A stretch of 64,000 bases of DNA from Alphaproteobacteria bacterium (lineage in GTDB: Bacteria; Pseudomonadota; Alphaproteobacteria; MPNO01): assembly GCA_964291675.2 (NCBI GenBank), contig OZ219866.1:352001-416000 (forward strand), given 5' to 3'. Positions 18,694 through 28,068 of this stretch are shown here, piece after piece (the first letter of the stretch is position 1; every line of letters starts with the position of its first letter). The notes under the pieces were generated by a model. That model was not told the DNA's origin. It saw only the letters and a list, made by a program, of their open reading frames with translations, and searched no databases. A program made the translations under genes and the position numbers.

Positions 18694-19949
18694 GCCCGGA
18701 GGAGGCGGCACCCCGCCCCTTCGCGCTGCTGGATTCGCTGGAGGGCAGCCGGCTGGCCGCCAACGTGATGCATTTCGGCCGCATCCTGCGCGCGGCCGGG
18801 CTGCCGGTCGGCACCGGGAAGGTGCTCGATGCCGTCGGCGCCGTGCGCGAGGTCGGCGTCGCCAACCGCTCCGATTTCTACTGGGCGCTGCACGCGGTGT
18901 TCGTCAACCGGCGCGACCAGCACGACCTGTTCGACCAGGCGTTTCACATCTTCTGGCGCGATCCGAAGATCCTGGAGCGCATGATGGGCATCGTCATGCC
19001 GGAAGCCGAGGTGGCGGCGCCGCCGCCCGAGCCGCCGAGCCGCCGCCTGCTCGAAGCGCTCAGCCCGCAGAACGACGACCCGCAGGCGGACGAGGAGAAG
19101 GAACGGGACGAGGAGATCGAGCTCGACGCGGCGATGACCGCCTCGGCCAACGAGCTCCTGCAGGAGATGGATTTCGAGGACATGAGCGCCGACGAGATCG
19201 CCCGGGCGAAGGCGGCGATCGCCCGCATGCGCCTGCCGATCGCGGAGATCCCGACCCGCCGCTTCCGGCCCGATGCGCGCCAGATCCGGGTCGACATGCG
19301 GGCGACGCTGCGCGCCGCCTTGCGCTCGGGCTCGGGCACGATCCCGCTCAAATGGCGCAGGCGGGCGACGCGGCTGCCGCCGCTGGTGATCATCTGCGAC
19401 ATCTCGGGATCGATGAGCCGCTACACCCGCATGTTCCTCCACTTCATGCACACGCTCACCAACGACCGCGACCGGGTGCACACCTTCCTGTTCGGCACGC
19501 GGCTCACCAACGTCACGCGGCATCTGCGCCAGCGCGACATCGACGTCGCGCTCGGCCGCGTCGCCGAGTCGGTCGAGGACTGGTCGGGCGGCACGCGGAT
19601 CGGCGAGTCGCTCAAGGAGTTCAACCGCTTCTGGTCGCGCCGCGTGCTCGGCCAGGGCGCGGTGGTGCTGCTGATCAGCGACGGGCTCGACCGCGATGCC
19701 GGGCGCGGCCTGCATGGCGAGATCGAGCGGCTGCACAAATCCTGCCGCCGGCTGATCTGGCTCAACCCGCTGCTGCGCTTCGAGGGGTTCGAGCCGCGTT
19801 CGCAGGGCATAAGGTCGCTGCTTCCGTTTGTCGACGAGTTCCGGCCGGTGCACAATCTCCTTAGCCTCGAAGAACTGATCGGAGCGCTCGGCCGGCCCTC
19901 GGCCCGGCGCAGGGAAGGGATGGACAGATGGCTGCAGATGCTGGCGTGA
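18690..19949 (+). CDS. coxE: VWA-domain CoxE-like protein
   Basis: CDISGSM; FGTRLTNVT; DWSGGTRIG; ISDGLD; WLNPLL. Confidence 0.92.
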   Translation: MSPEEAAPRPFALLDSLEGSRLAANVMHFGRILRAAGLPVGTGKVLDAVGAVREVGVANRSDFYWALHAVFVNRRDQHDLFDQAFHIFWRDPKILERMMGIVMPEAEVAAPPPEPPSRRLLEALSPQNDDPQADEEKERDEEIELDAAMTASANELLQEMDFEDMSADEIARAKAAIARMRLPIAEIPTRRFRPDARQIRVDMRATLRAALRSGSGTIPLKWRRRATRLPPLVIICDISGSMSRYTRMFLHFMHTLTNDRDRVHTFLFGTRLTNVTRHLRQRDIDVALGRVAESVEDWSGGTRIGESLKEFNRFWSRRVLGQGAVVLLISDGLDRDAGRGLHGEIERLHKSCRRLIWLNPLLRFEGFEPRSQGIRSLLPFVDEFRPVHNLLSLEELIGALGRPSARRREGMDRWLQMLA

Positions 19950-20275
19950 GCGCGGTTTCGAAGGACGACGACGTGCTGGGCGAGGCCCGGAGCTGGCGGC
20001 GCCAGGGGCGCGACGTGGCGATCGCCACGGTGATCAGGACCTGGGGCTCCTCGCCGCGGCCGGTGGGCAGCCATCTCGCCATCGATTCCGGGCAGAACTT
20101 CGTGGGCTCGGTCTCGGGCGGCTGCATCGAGGGCGCGGTTATCCACGAAGCCCAGGAGGTCATCGAGACCGGCAAGCCGAAGATCCTCGAATACGGGGTC
20201 ACCAACGAGCTCGCCTGGGAGGTGGGGCTCGCCTGCGGCGGCCAGGTCCATGTCTATGTGGAGAAGCTCGACTAG
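19946..20275 (+). CDS. XdhC/CoxI family, N-terminal part
   Basis: ATVIRTWGSSPRPVGS...GSVSGGCIE...GLACGG. Confidence 0.9.
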   Translation: MSAVSKDDDVLGEARSWRRQGRDVAIATVIRTWGSSPRPVGSHLAIDSGQNFVGSVSGGCIEGAVIHEAQEVIETGKPKILEYGVTNELAWEVGLACGGQVHVYVEKLD

Positions 20276-20980
20276 ATGAAGACGGAGATTCTCGAACGCG
20301 TCCTCGCCGACCGCGAGGCCAAGCGGCAGTTCGCGCTGGTCACCGAGCTCGCGACCGGCGCGCAATCCATCGTCTATCTCGACGGCGCGGGGGAGGCCGG
20401 GGTCGAGCCGGGGCTGCGTCCGGCGGTCGAGGACGCGATCCGCGACGACCGGTCCGGCACCGTCCAGGGCGCGAGCGGGGATGCGTTCGTCGAGGTGTTC
20501 AACCCGCCGCTCCGCCTGCTCATCGTGGGCGCGGTCCATATCGCCCAGCCGCTCGCGCGGATGGCCTCGGTAGCGGGCTACGACGTGGCGGTGATCGACC
20601 CGCGCGGCTCGTTCGCGACCGACGACCGGTTTCCCGGGGTGACGCTGGTCAACGAATGGCCCGACGAGGCGATGCCGCCGCTCGACCCGGACCGGCGCAC
20701 CGCCGTCGTCACGCTCACCCACGACCCGAAGATCGACGATCCGGCGCTCGCCGCCGTGCTGCGCTCGGACGCCTTCTATATCGGCGCGCTGGGCAGCCGG
20801 AAGACCCACGCGGCCCGCGTCGAACGGCTCACCGAGGCCGGCTTCGACGCCGACGAGATCGGCCGCATCCACGGACCGGTGGGGCTGTCGCTCGGCGCCG
20901 TGTCGCCGGCCGAGATCGCGGTCTCGATCCTCGCCCAGGTGACCCAGGCGCTGCACGCCAGGGAGCGCGTCGCCGCGTGA
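20276..20980 (+). CDS. XdhC/CoxF family, Rossmann part
   Basis: IVGAVHIAQ; LTHDPKIDD; YIGALGSRKT; IHGPVGL...PAEIAVSILAQ. Confidence 0.9.
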   Translation: MKTEILERVLADREAKRQFALVTELATGAQSIVYLDGAGEAGVEPGLRPAVEDAIRDDRSGTVQGASGDAFVEVFNPPLRLLIVGAVHIAQPLARMASVAGYDVAVIDPRGSFATDDRFPGVTLVNEWPDEAMPPLDPDRRTAVVTLTHDPKIDDPALAAVLRSDAFYIGALGSRKTHAARVERLTEAGFDADEIGRIHGPVGLSLGAVSPAEIAVSILAQVTQALHARERVAA

Positions 20981-22581
20981 AGTTCGGCGCGACGCCACTC
21001 TCGCAGGCCGAAGGCGCGCTGCTCGCGCACGCGATGGCGCTGGCCGACCGCACCCTCAAGAAGGGGCACCGTCTCGCCGCCGCCGACATCGCGGCCATCG
21101 CCGGCGCAGGGTTCGACGAGGTCGTCACCGCCCGGCTGGAGCCCGGCGACGTGGGCGAGGACGAGGCGGCGGCGCGGCTCGCCGAGGCGTTTCGCGGAGA
21201 CGGGCTCACCCTGGATCCCCCCTTCACGGGCCGGACCAATCTGCGGGCGGCGGCGGCCGGGCTCGCCGTCGTCGATGTCGAACGCATCGAAGCGATCAAC
21301 GCGGTCGACGAGTCGATCACCATCGCGACCGTCGCCCCCTTCCAGATGGTCTCCCCGCGCGCCGTCGTGGCGGTGGTCAAGATCGTCCCCTTCGCGGTGG
21401 ACGAGGCGACGCTCGCGGCGGCAGCGGCGCTCGCCGACCGAACGGCGCCGCCGGTGCGGGTCGCGCCCTTCTCCCCCCGGCGGTTCGGGCTGATCCAGAC
21501 CGAGCTCGCGGGCACCAGGAAATCGCTTGTCGAGAAGACCATCGCGGTGACAAGCGGGCGGCTGGAAACGCTCGGCTGCCGCCTGGAACGGACGGAGCGG
21601 GTCGCGCATCGCGCGGACGCGGTGGCCGCGTGTCTGGAATCCTTCCGCGACGACGGGATCGATGTGGCGTTGATCCTCGGCGCATCCGCCATCGTCGACC
21701 GGCGCGACGCGGCGCCGTCGGCGCTGCTGCGCGCCGGCGGCACGATCCTTCGCCTCGGCATGCCGGTCGACCCCGGCCATCTGACCCTGCTCGGCCGGCT
21801 GGGAGGGATGCACGTGCTCGGCCTGCCGGGTTCGGCGCGCTCGCCCCGGACGCACGGCTTCGACCGGGTGTTGCAACGCATCGTCGCGGGACTCGGGGTG
21901 ACCGGCGCGGAAATCGCCCGCATGGGCGTGGGCGGGCTGCTCAAGGAGGCCGCGGGCCGGCCGGCACCGCGCGGGTCGCGGGAGGAGGCGGTCGCCGGCA
22001 TCGTGCTCGCGGCCGGCGCCTCGCGCCGCATGGGCGCGGAGAACAAGCTGCTGGCGGAGATCGAGGGGACGCCGATGGTGGCCCGGACCGTCGATGCGGT
22101 GCTCGCCTCGGGCGCCGATCCGGTGCTGGTGGTGACCGGGCACGAATCGGAGAAGATCCGCGCGACGCTCGCCGGGCGGAAAATCCGCTTCGTCCACAAC
22201 GCCGACTACGCGACCGGGCTCGCGGGCTCGCTCAAGGCGGCGCTCGCGGCCCTGCCGGACGAGGCCGAGGGCGCGCTGGTCTGTCTCGGCGACATGCCGC
22301 TGGTGACCGCCCGGCACCTCGCCCGGCTGGTCGAGGCCTTCCGGGACGAGGACCGGCCCGCCATCTGCGTTCCGACCCACAACGGCAAGCGCGGCAACCC
22401 GTCCCTCTGGCACCGCCGGTTCTTCGCCGAGATGGGCGAGGTCACGGGCGATTCCGGAGCGCGCGCACTGATCGGCGCGCATGCGGACGCGGTCGTCGAG
22501 GTCGAGATGCCGGACCCGGGCGTGCTGGTCGACATCGACACGCCCGAGGCGCTCGCGGCAGCCCGGGCGGGGGAAGGCTGA
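20977..22581 (+). CDS. Molybdopterin-binding / MCD cytidylyltransferase (MocA-like) fusion
   Basis: GMPVDPG in the N-terminal domain; IVLAAGASRRMG..NKLL, LGDMP, GNP, GDSGAR, DIDTP in the C-terminal domain. Confidence 0.87.
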   Translation: MKFGATPLSQAEGALLAHAMALADRTLKKGHRLAAADIAAIAGAGFDEVVTARLEPGDVGEDEAAARLAEAFRGDGLTLDPPFTGRTNLRAAAAGLAVVDVERIEAINAVDESITIATVAPFQMVSPRAVVAVVKIVPFAVDEATLAAAAALADRTAPPVRVAPFSPRRFGLIQTELAGTRKSLVEKTIAVTSGRLETLGCRLERTERVAHRADAVAACLESFRDDGIDVALILGASAIVDRRDAAPSALLRAGGTILRLGMPVDPGHLTLLGRLGGMHVLGLPGSARSPRTHGFDRVLQRIVAGLGVTGAEIARMGVGGLLKEAAGRPAPRGSREEAVAGIVLAAGASRRMGAENKLLAEIEGTPMVARTVDAVLASGADPVLVVTGHESEKIRATLAGRKIRFVHNADYATGLAGSLKAALAALPDEAEGALVCLGDMPLVTARHLARLVEAFRDEDRPAICVPTHNGKRGNPSLWHRRFFAEMGEVTGDSGARALIGAHADAVVEVEMPDPGVLVDIDTPEALAAARAGEG

Positions 22582-22587
22582 GCGCGG

Positions 22588-23025
22588 CTACTTGGTCGCT
22601 TCCTTGAGGTAGGCGATCAGGTTGTGGCGGTCCTTCTCCTTCTTCAGCCCCTTGAAGACCATGCGGGTCTTGGCCTTCTTCTTGCCGATGAAGGAGCCGA
22701 CGAAGGGCTTGGGGTTCTGCAGATAGGTGAACAGGGTCTTCTCGGTCCACACCAGACCCTTGGCGCCGGCCGCCTTCATGTCCTTGGAGTACTTGAACTT
22801 GGCGAGCGTCCCGGCGGTGCGGCCGAAGAGGCCGTTGAGGTTGGGACCGACCCCCTTCTTGCCCGCGACCGTCTTGTGGCAGGCCTTGCACTTGGCGAAG
22901 ACCCGCTTGCCCTTCTTGACGTCGCCGGCGGCGTGGGCCGGCTGGGCGGTCACCACCGCATCGGCGGCGAGCGCGCCGACAGCGAGAAACAGCCCGAGCA
23001 TGAGGCTGCGGAGTATCCTGATCAC
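22588..23025 (-). CDS. Cytochrome c2-type class I cytochrome c
   Basis: Signal peptide; CKACH; GPNLNGLFGR; TRM axial Met; LIAYLK. Confidence 0.92.
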   Translation of the reverse strand: MIRILRSLMLGLFLAVGALAADAVVTAQPAHAAGDVKKGKRVFAKCKACHKTVAGKKGVGPNLNGLFGRTAGTLAKFKYSKDMKAAGAKGLVWTEKTLFTYLQNPKPFVGSFIGKKKAKTRMVFKGLKKEKDRHNLIAYLKEATK

Positions 23026-23103
23026 GTCCTGTGGTCTCCGAACGACAAAAGCGGCATTTGAACTACCTGTTTAGCAGAGAATCGGGAGCGGACAAGTGCG
23101 ACT

Positions 23104-23895
23104 TCAGGCCGCTCCGGCCGCACTTTCCAGATAGGAAGCGGGCAGCTCGCGGAAATCGGTCATCAGCGAGCCGAACCCCTCGATCACGTCGTCATAGCCG
23201 TTGGCCCGCATGGCGTACCAGTAGGTCGCGGTGTTGATCGCCAGCACCGGCTTCTTGAGCCATGTCTCGGCCTCGCCGGCGAGTCTCGCCATGGCGAGGT
23301 TGGTGCCGCACTGCACCAGCGCCTCGACATCGTGGCCGTCGAGCTCGATCAGCGCCTCGCGCAGCTCGTCCTCGGTCACCTGGGCGATCTTCGCCGGGCT
23401 CTCGCATTTGAGGCCCTTGATGGCGGCCACCTCGAAGCCGCAATCCTCGAAGAACTTCTTCACGTTCTCGTCGCCGACCGGCCAGTACGGGGTGAGCACG
23501 CCGATCCGCCCGATGTCGCCGTAGCAGCGCAGCGCGGCCTGGCAGGCGTCCGAGCCCATGGCGACGCCGAGGCCGGAGAGCTTCTTGACCTGCTCCCTGA
23601 GCTCGATGCTCTTGGCGAGCCCGTCCCAGAAGGTCTCGGCCGACATGCCCATGACGATGTAGTCGGGGTTGCAGGTCATGACGCGCAGGATCGCGTTGTC
23701 GAACTCGCGGCGAATATTGTCCATCAGCCGGTTGAAGTCCTCGTCCGAATGCACCGGCTCGTCGGGAATCCAGATGCGCACATGGTGGTTGGTCACGCCG
23801 GGCGGGCGCATGTCGTCGAACTCGGGCTGGACCGAGGTGTTGGTCGACGGCGCGATGACGCCCCAGTTCGCCCGCCAGCCGATAGAATCGGTCAT
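23104..23895 (-). CDS. Maleate isomerase / arylmalonate decarboxylase (Asp/Glu racemase) family protein
   Basis: GVIAPSTNTSVQPE; MGMSAETFWDG; GVLTPY; QCGTNL; KPVLAIN. Confidence 0.85.
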   Translation of the reverse strand: MTDSIGWRANWGVIAPSTNTSVQPEFDDMRPPGVTNHHVRIWIPDEPVHSDEDFNRLMDNIRREFDNAILRVMTCNPDYIVMGMSAETFWDGLAKSIELREQVKKLSGLGVAMGSDACQAALRCYGDIGRIGVLTPYWPVGDENVKKFFEDCGFEVAAIKGLKCESPAKIAQVTEDELREALIELDGHDVEALVQCGTNLAMARLAGEAETWLKKPVLAINTATYWYAMRANGYDDVIEGFGSLMTDFRELPASYLESAAGAA

Positions 23896-24551
23896 TTCGC
23901 GGCCTCCACGGGCCCGGCCTGCGCCGGCGCCAGCGCGGCGAGCGCCGCCCGCACCTCGGCGAGCGGCATCACGTCGGCGTATTTCTGGTCCATGTCGAAC
24001 AAATTGGCCTCGTGCGGGCCCTGGGCGCGGTCGCCGGAGCACTCGGCGGGCACGATGGGGCGGAAGCCGTGGCCCATCGCGTCGACCACCGTCGCCCGGA
24101 CGCAGCCCGAGGTGGTGCAGCCGGTGACGATCGCGGTGTCGACGCCTCGCCTGGCGAGCCAGTTGGCGAGGTCGGTGGCGAAGAAGCCGGACGGGTAATG
24201 CTTGCCGATCACCCGCTCGCCGGGGCGCGGCTCGAGCTGGTCGACGATCGCGGTCGCGCGGGTGTTGGGGACGAGCTTGCTCAGCCCGGGCGACTTCATG
24301 TTGAAGATCCCGTCCTCGCTGCGGTCGGTGGCGTAAACGTGGCTGGTGAAGGCGATCGGCAGGTCGAGATGGCGCGCGAGCCCGAGCAGATCCTCGGTGT
24401 GGTCGATCGCCGACTGGATGCTGCCGCCGCCGAACATCTCGGGATCGTTGAACGCGTTGATGAAGTCGATCACGATCAGCGCCGGCTTCTGGCCGAACCC
24501 GATGCGATTGCCGAAGCCCTGCTTCTCGTAGATGTCGAGATCGTCCGCCAC
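23892..24551 (-). CDS. Isochorismatase-family amidase (maleamate / N-carbamoylsarcosine amidohydrolase-like)
   Basis: PALIVIDF; KHYPSGFF; TGCTTSGCVRATVVDA; NLFDMDQKYADV. Confidence 0.88.
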   Translation of the reverse strand: MADDLDIYEKQGFGNRIGFGQKPALIVIDFINAFNDPEMFGGGSIQSAIDHTEDLLGLARHLDLPIAFTSHVYATDRSEDGIFNMKSPGLSKLVPNTRATAIVDQLEPRPGERVIGKHYPSGFFATDLANWLARRGVDTAIVTGCTTSGCVRATVVDAMGHGFRPIVPAECSGDRAQGPHEANLFDMDQKYADVMPLAEVRAALAALAPAQAGPVEAAK

Positions 24552-24626
24552 GATGCCCTCCCTGCCAGCGCGAGGCGGTCAGAGCTTAGTCGCGGCCTTG
24601 GAGCCCGGCAACGGAAACGCGGCGAT

Positions 24627-25151
24627 TTATTCGCCGGTTCCGCTGTACCGGGTCATGGCCTTCTCGAACGCTTCGCTTGTCGCTTTCAGCTTGCCCATCA
24701 TGGCGAGATTTGCCGGGTCCAGGTCGCCAGCCAACTGGCCATCCCAGTCGCGGATCAACCGGAGGGCGGTTTCCAGATCGAAGGCGGGATCGCCGGGCGG
24801 GTCGATCAAGGCCCGGATACCCAGGTCGATGAGATCGCCCGTGTCGAGCTCTCCCTTGGCGACGGCGAGATCCTCGAACGGGACCCGAGGCCCGTCGCCG
24901 AGCGACAGCAAGACGGCATCCGCACCGCGGTCGTGCGTCACATGGAGCCGGACATCGTCGGACCGGGAGGCAACCGCTGCGATGGACACGATCTCGCCGC
25001 CGTGCTCCGCTGGCCCCTGCGCGACGATCCTGACGTTCCACTTCTTTCCCAGCCGCTTGGACAGGACGGAACGAAACGACTCGGCGGAGGACCAGTCGCC
25101 CGCGCGATTCCCTTCTTCTCCAGCCAAGGCACGTCCCCCGGTCCGCGTCAT
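24627..25151 (-). CDS. Hypothetical protein, candidate immunity protein
   Basis: 174 aa; ATG overlaps the upstream TGA (ATGA at 25148-25151); RLHVTHDRG motif; atypical codon usage. Confidence 0.55.
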   Translation of the reverse strand: MTRTGGRALAGEEGNRAGDWSSAESFRSVLSKRLGKKWNVRIVAQGPAEHGGEIVSIAAVASRSDDVRLHVTHDRGADAVLLSLGDGPRVPFEDLAVAKGELDTGDLIDLGIRALIDPPGDPAFDLETALRLIRDWDGQLAGDLDPANLAMMGKLKATSEAFEKAMTRYSGTGE

Positions 25152-25435
25152 GACGGCCAGACCTGTCCGGTCGGAAACGGTACGCCCTTCGACCGCAAGC
25201 AATACGCCTCCCGGAACAGCCAAGAGGGCGGACGCGCCGACCTCGGATCCGCCGCCCAGACGAACGCGTCGCGGGCGGCCGGCATGGCGTCCAGGAAATG
25301 CCGGTTGGCTTCCCACCGCGCCGCGTCGTCTTGCAACGCGTTCCGGGCGGGCGGGCCGATGTCGAAGCGGCGCCCCCCGAGCTCGTCCGACACCCGTATG
25401 TAGTCCGGAAAACTTCCGACCACGCTGACGCCCAT
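25148..25435 (-). CDS. Hypothetical protein resembling an Rhs/polymorphic toxin C-terminal domain
   Basis: VVGSFPDY...LGGRRFDI...RWEANRHFLD...SWLFREAYCLRSKG; AAGG upstream of ATG; possibly N-terminally frameshifted. Confidence 0.5.
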   Translation of the reverse strand: MGVSVVGSFPDYIRVSDELGGRRFDIGPPARNALQDDAARWEANRHFLDAMPAARDAFVWAADPRSARPPSWLFREAYCLRSKGVPFPTGQVWPS

Positions 25436-25519
25436 CGAGCCGCCTTTCCGCCCGGTGCCATCGCGATGACAGCTTGGCGGAGGCGCCGCATTTCTTCAAT
25501 CATGACGTGCATGCCGGGC

Positions 25520-26839
25520 TCAGGGCCGGATCGACCGCCCCACCGCCGGGTAGGCAACCCCGAGCGTCACCCCGCGCAGCGCCATGAAGGCGGCGAAGGC
25601 GAGCCACAGTCCGTGATTGCCCCAGAGCGGGATCAGAGCCGCGCAGAGCGCGAGATAGGCCGCCACCGAGACGACCATCATGTTGCGCATCTGCCGCCCG
25701 AGCGTGGCGCCGAGGAAGATGCCGTCGAGCTGGAAGGCGGCGACCGAGAGCGCCGGCATCGCCACCGCCCAGGGGAGGAATTCGCCGGCGGCATCGCGCA
25801 CGTCCTCGATGCCGGTCAGGAGCGCGACGATCCCCGCCCCCGCCGCGGCGTAGACCAGGACCAGGCCGCAAGCGGTCACCGCCGCCCAGAACGAGGATAC
25901 CCGGATCGCCGCGCGCAGCTCCGCCCGGTCGGCGGCACCCACCGCGCGCCCGACCATCGCCTGGGCCGCGTGGGCGAATCCGTCGAGCCCGTGCGCCATA
26001 AAAATCTGGAAGTTCATCAGCACCGCGTTGGCGGCGAGCAGCACGTCGCCCATCCTGGCGCCCTGGGCGGTGAACCAGGCGAAGGCGAAGACCAGGCAGA
26101 CGGTGCGGACGAAGATGTCGGCGTTGAGGCCGAGCGTCATCCGCATCCGCCGGCGCGACCGCACGCGGCCCCAGTCGAGCCGCCCGGCGATCTCTCGCAG
26201 CGCGCCGCGCATCAGCCAGAGCGCGAGGCCGAGCCCGGCGAACTCGGCGATCACGGTGGCGAGCGCCACCCCGAACACCCCCCATCCGAAGCCGACCACG
26301 AAGACCACGTCGAGGACGATGTTGAGGCCGTTCATCCAGAGCTGCACGTAGAGCGTCGCCCTTGTGTTCTGCAGGCCGAGAAACCAGCCCAGGATGACGT
26401 AGATGGAGAGTGCCGCGGGCGCGCCCCAGATCCGCGTTAGCACATAGATGCGGGCGGAGCTTTCGACATCGGCGCTCGCCTCGACCGCCTCGAACACGAT
26501 GAAGACGATCGGCCCCTGGGCGGCGACGGTGACCAGCGCGATGGCGCCGGCGATCGCCAGCCCGCGCGCGACCGCGGCCCGCACCTCGTCCGCATCGCCG
26601 GCACCGTGGGCCTGCGCCGTCAGCCCTCCGGTTCCCATGCGGAGAAAGCCGAACCCCCAGTAGATGAAGTTGAACACCATGCTGCCGAGCGCCACCGCCC
26701 CCAGATGGTGAGGCTCCGGCAGGTGCCCGACCACGGCGGTGTCGACGGCGCCCAGGAGCGGCACCGACAGGTTGGACAGGATGATCGGGACGGAGAGGCG
26801 CCAGACCGCGCGATGATGCTCCGCGGAGCCCGCGATCAT
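25520..26839 (-). CDS. MATE efflux transporter (DinF-like)
   Basis: PIILSNLSVPLLGAVDTAVVGHL; GFLRMGTGG; LDGIFLGAT. Confidence 0.92.
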   Translation of the reverse strand: MIAGSAEHHRAVWRLSVPIILSNLSVPLLGAVDTAVVGHLPEPHHLGAVALGSMVFNFIYWGFGFLRMGTGGLTAQAHGAGDADEVRAAVARGLAIAGAIALVTVAAQGPIVFIVFEAVEASADVESSARIYVLTRIWGAPAALSIYVILGWFLGLQNTRATLYVQLWMNGLNIVLDVVFVVGFGWGVFGVALATVIAEFAGLGLALWLMRGALREIAGRLDWGRVRSRRRMRMTLGLNADIFVRTVCLVFAFAWFTAQGARMGDVLLAANAVLMNFQIFMAHGLDGFAHAAQAMVGRAVGAADRAELRAAIRVSSFWAAVTACGLVLVYAAAGAGIVALLTGIEDVRDAAGEFLPWAVAMPALSVAAFQLDGIFLGATLGRQMRNMMVVSVAAYLALCAALIPLWGNHGLWLAFAAFMALRGVTLGVAYPAVGRSIRP

Positions 26840-28056
26840 CGCGCCGGCACCGCCCTCCGCCCTGCGGCAAGAGCGAGCACGGCGAGCCCGCTGACCGCGG
26901 CCAGCACCAGAATGGCGAGGTCAGGCCGGCCGAGATCCATCAGCCCGCCGACGGCGATCGGGCCGAGCGCGAAGCCGATGCTGAGCCCGGTCGAGGTGAA
27001 GCCGAAGGCGAGGCCCAGCGACCCGGCGGGGGCGCGGGCGCGGACGATGAGGTCGCGCGACGGGCTGGAGACGCCGAGCAGGAAGCCGCTCGCCGCGATC
27101 ACGGCGACCCCGGCGAGGAAACCGCCGTGCCCGAAGGCGAGCAGCGCGAGCGCCGCCGCCCCGCCGGCCACGGTCCACGCCGCGAGCCTGTCATGCGCCG
27201 AGATTCGGTCCGCGAGCACGCCGCCGAACAGGACCGCGCAAGCCATCGTGACCATGAACACCGTGAGCGAGAGATTGCCGCCGGCGAGATCGGCGCCGAA
27301 CAGCTCCATCATCGCGATGGCGAGGAACCCGGCGAGGCCGCCGATGGTCATGGAGGTGAACATGAAGAACAGGAAGATGCGGATCATCGGCCCGTCGGTC
27401 ATCGCCATCAGCCGGGCGCGGATGTCGAAGCGTTCCTTTTTCCTCTCTTCGCCCGCGGCCACGGCGCTGGGCTCGTCGTCGAACACCGTCCGGCGCCACT
27501 GGATCAGCGCCGCGACCGCGAGCCCGGCGATCCCGGCGCCGAGCAGCGCGCCGCGCCAGCCGAACGCGGCGTTGAGCCCGGCGATCGACATCGGCGCGAT
27601 GGCCCAGCCGACATAGCCGACGAAGCTGTGCAGGCTGACGGTGCGTCCGAGCCAGGCGCGGTCGACCCGGCGGGCCAGGATCGAGAGGTCGGCCGGATGG
27701 AAGACGCTGTTCCCGAGCCCGGCCACAGCGAACAGCGCGATCACCTGCCAATACGCCTCCGCCCCGCCGGCGAGCGCGAGGCTGCCGCCCAGCAGCACCA
27801 GGCCGATCACCAGCACCGGCCGCCCGCCATAGCGGTCGACCGCCAGCCCGACGGGGATTTGGGCGACGCTGGTGGCGATGGAGAAGACCGTCATCAGCGC
27901 GCCGAGCGCGACATAGCTCACGTCGAACGCCTCGCGCAGCGCCGGGAACAGCGGCGCCACCGCCACCGAGCTCAGATGGCTGTAGCAATGCCCCGCGCTG
28001 ATCAGCGAGACGACCGTGCGCTGCCCGGGCAGCGCGCGGGGGGCGGTCGCGCTCAC
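26836..28056 (-). CDS. MFS transporter (Fsr-like)
   Basis: GLAVDRYGGR; GLGNSVFHPAD; PSRDLIVRARAP. Confidence 0.88.
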   Translation of the reverse strand: MSATAPRALPGQRTVVSLISAGHCYSHLSSVAVAPLFPALREAFDVSYVALGALMTVFSIATSVAQIPVGLAVDRYGGRPVLVIGLVLLGGSLALAGGAEAYWQVIALFAVAGLGNSVFHPADLSILARRVDRAWLGRTVSLHSFVGYVGWAIAPMSIAGLNAAFGWRGALLGAGIAGLAVAALIQWRRTVFDDEPSAVAAGEERKKERFDIRARLMAMTDGPMIRIFLFFMFTSMTIGGLAGFLAIAMMELFGADLAGGNLSLTVFMVTMACAVLFGGVLADRISAHDRLAAWTVAGGAAALALLAFGHGGFLAGVAVIAASGFLLGVSSPSRDLIVRARAPAGSLGLAFGFTSTGLSIGFALGPIAVGGLMDLGRPDLAILVLAAVSGLAVLALAAGRRAVPAR

Positions 28057-28068
28057 GGCCTGAGGCGC

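Noticed and set aside
24586-25557. 323-aa and 290-aa single-gene readings of this region
   Set aside because: Arg/Gly-rich and lacking motifs; two ATGA-coupled ORFs explain the region better.
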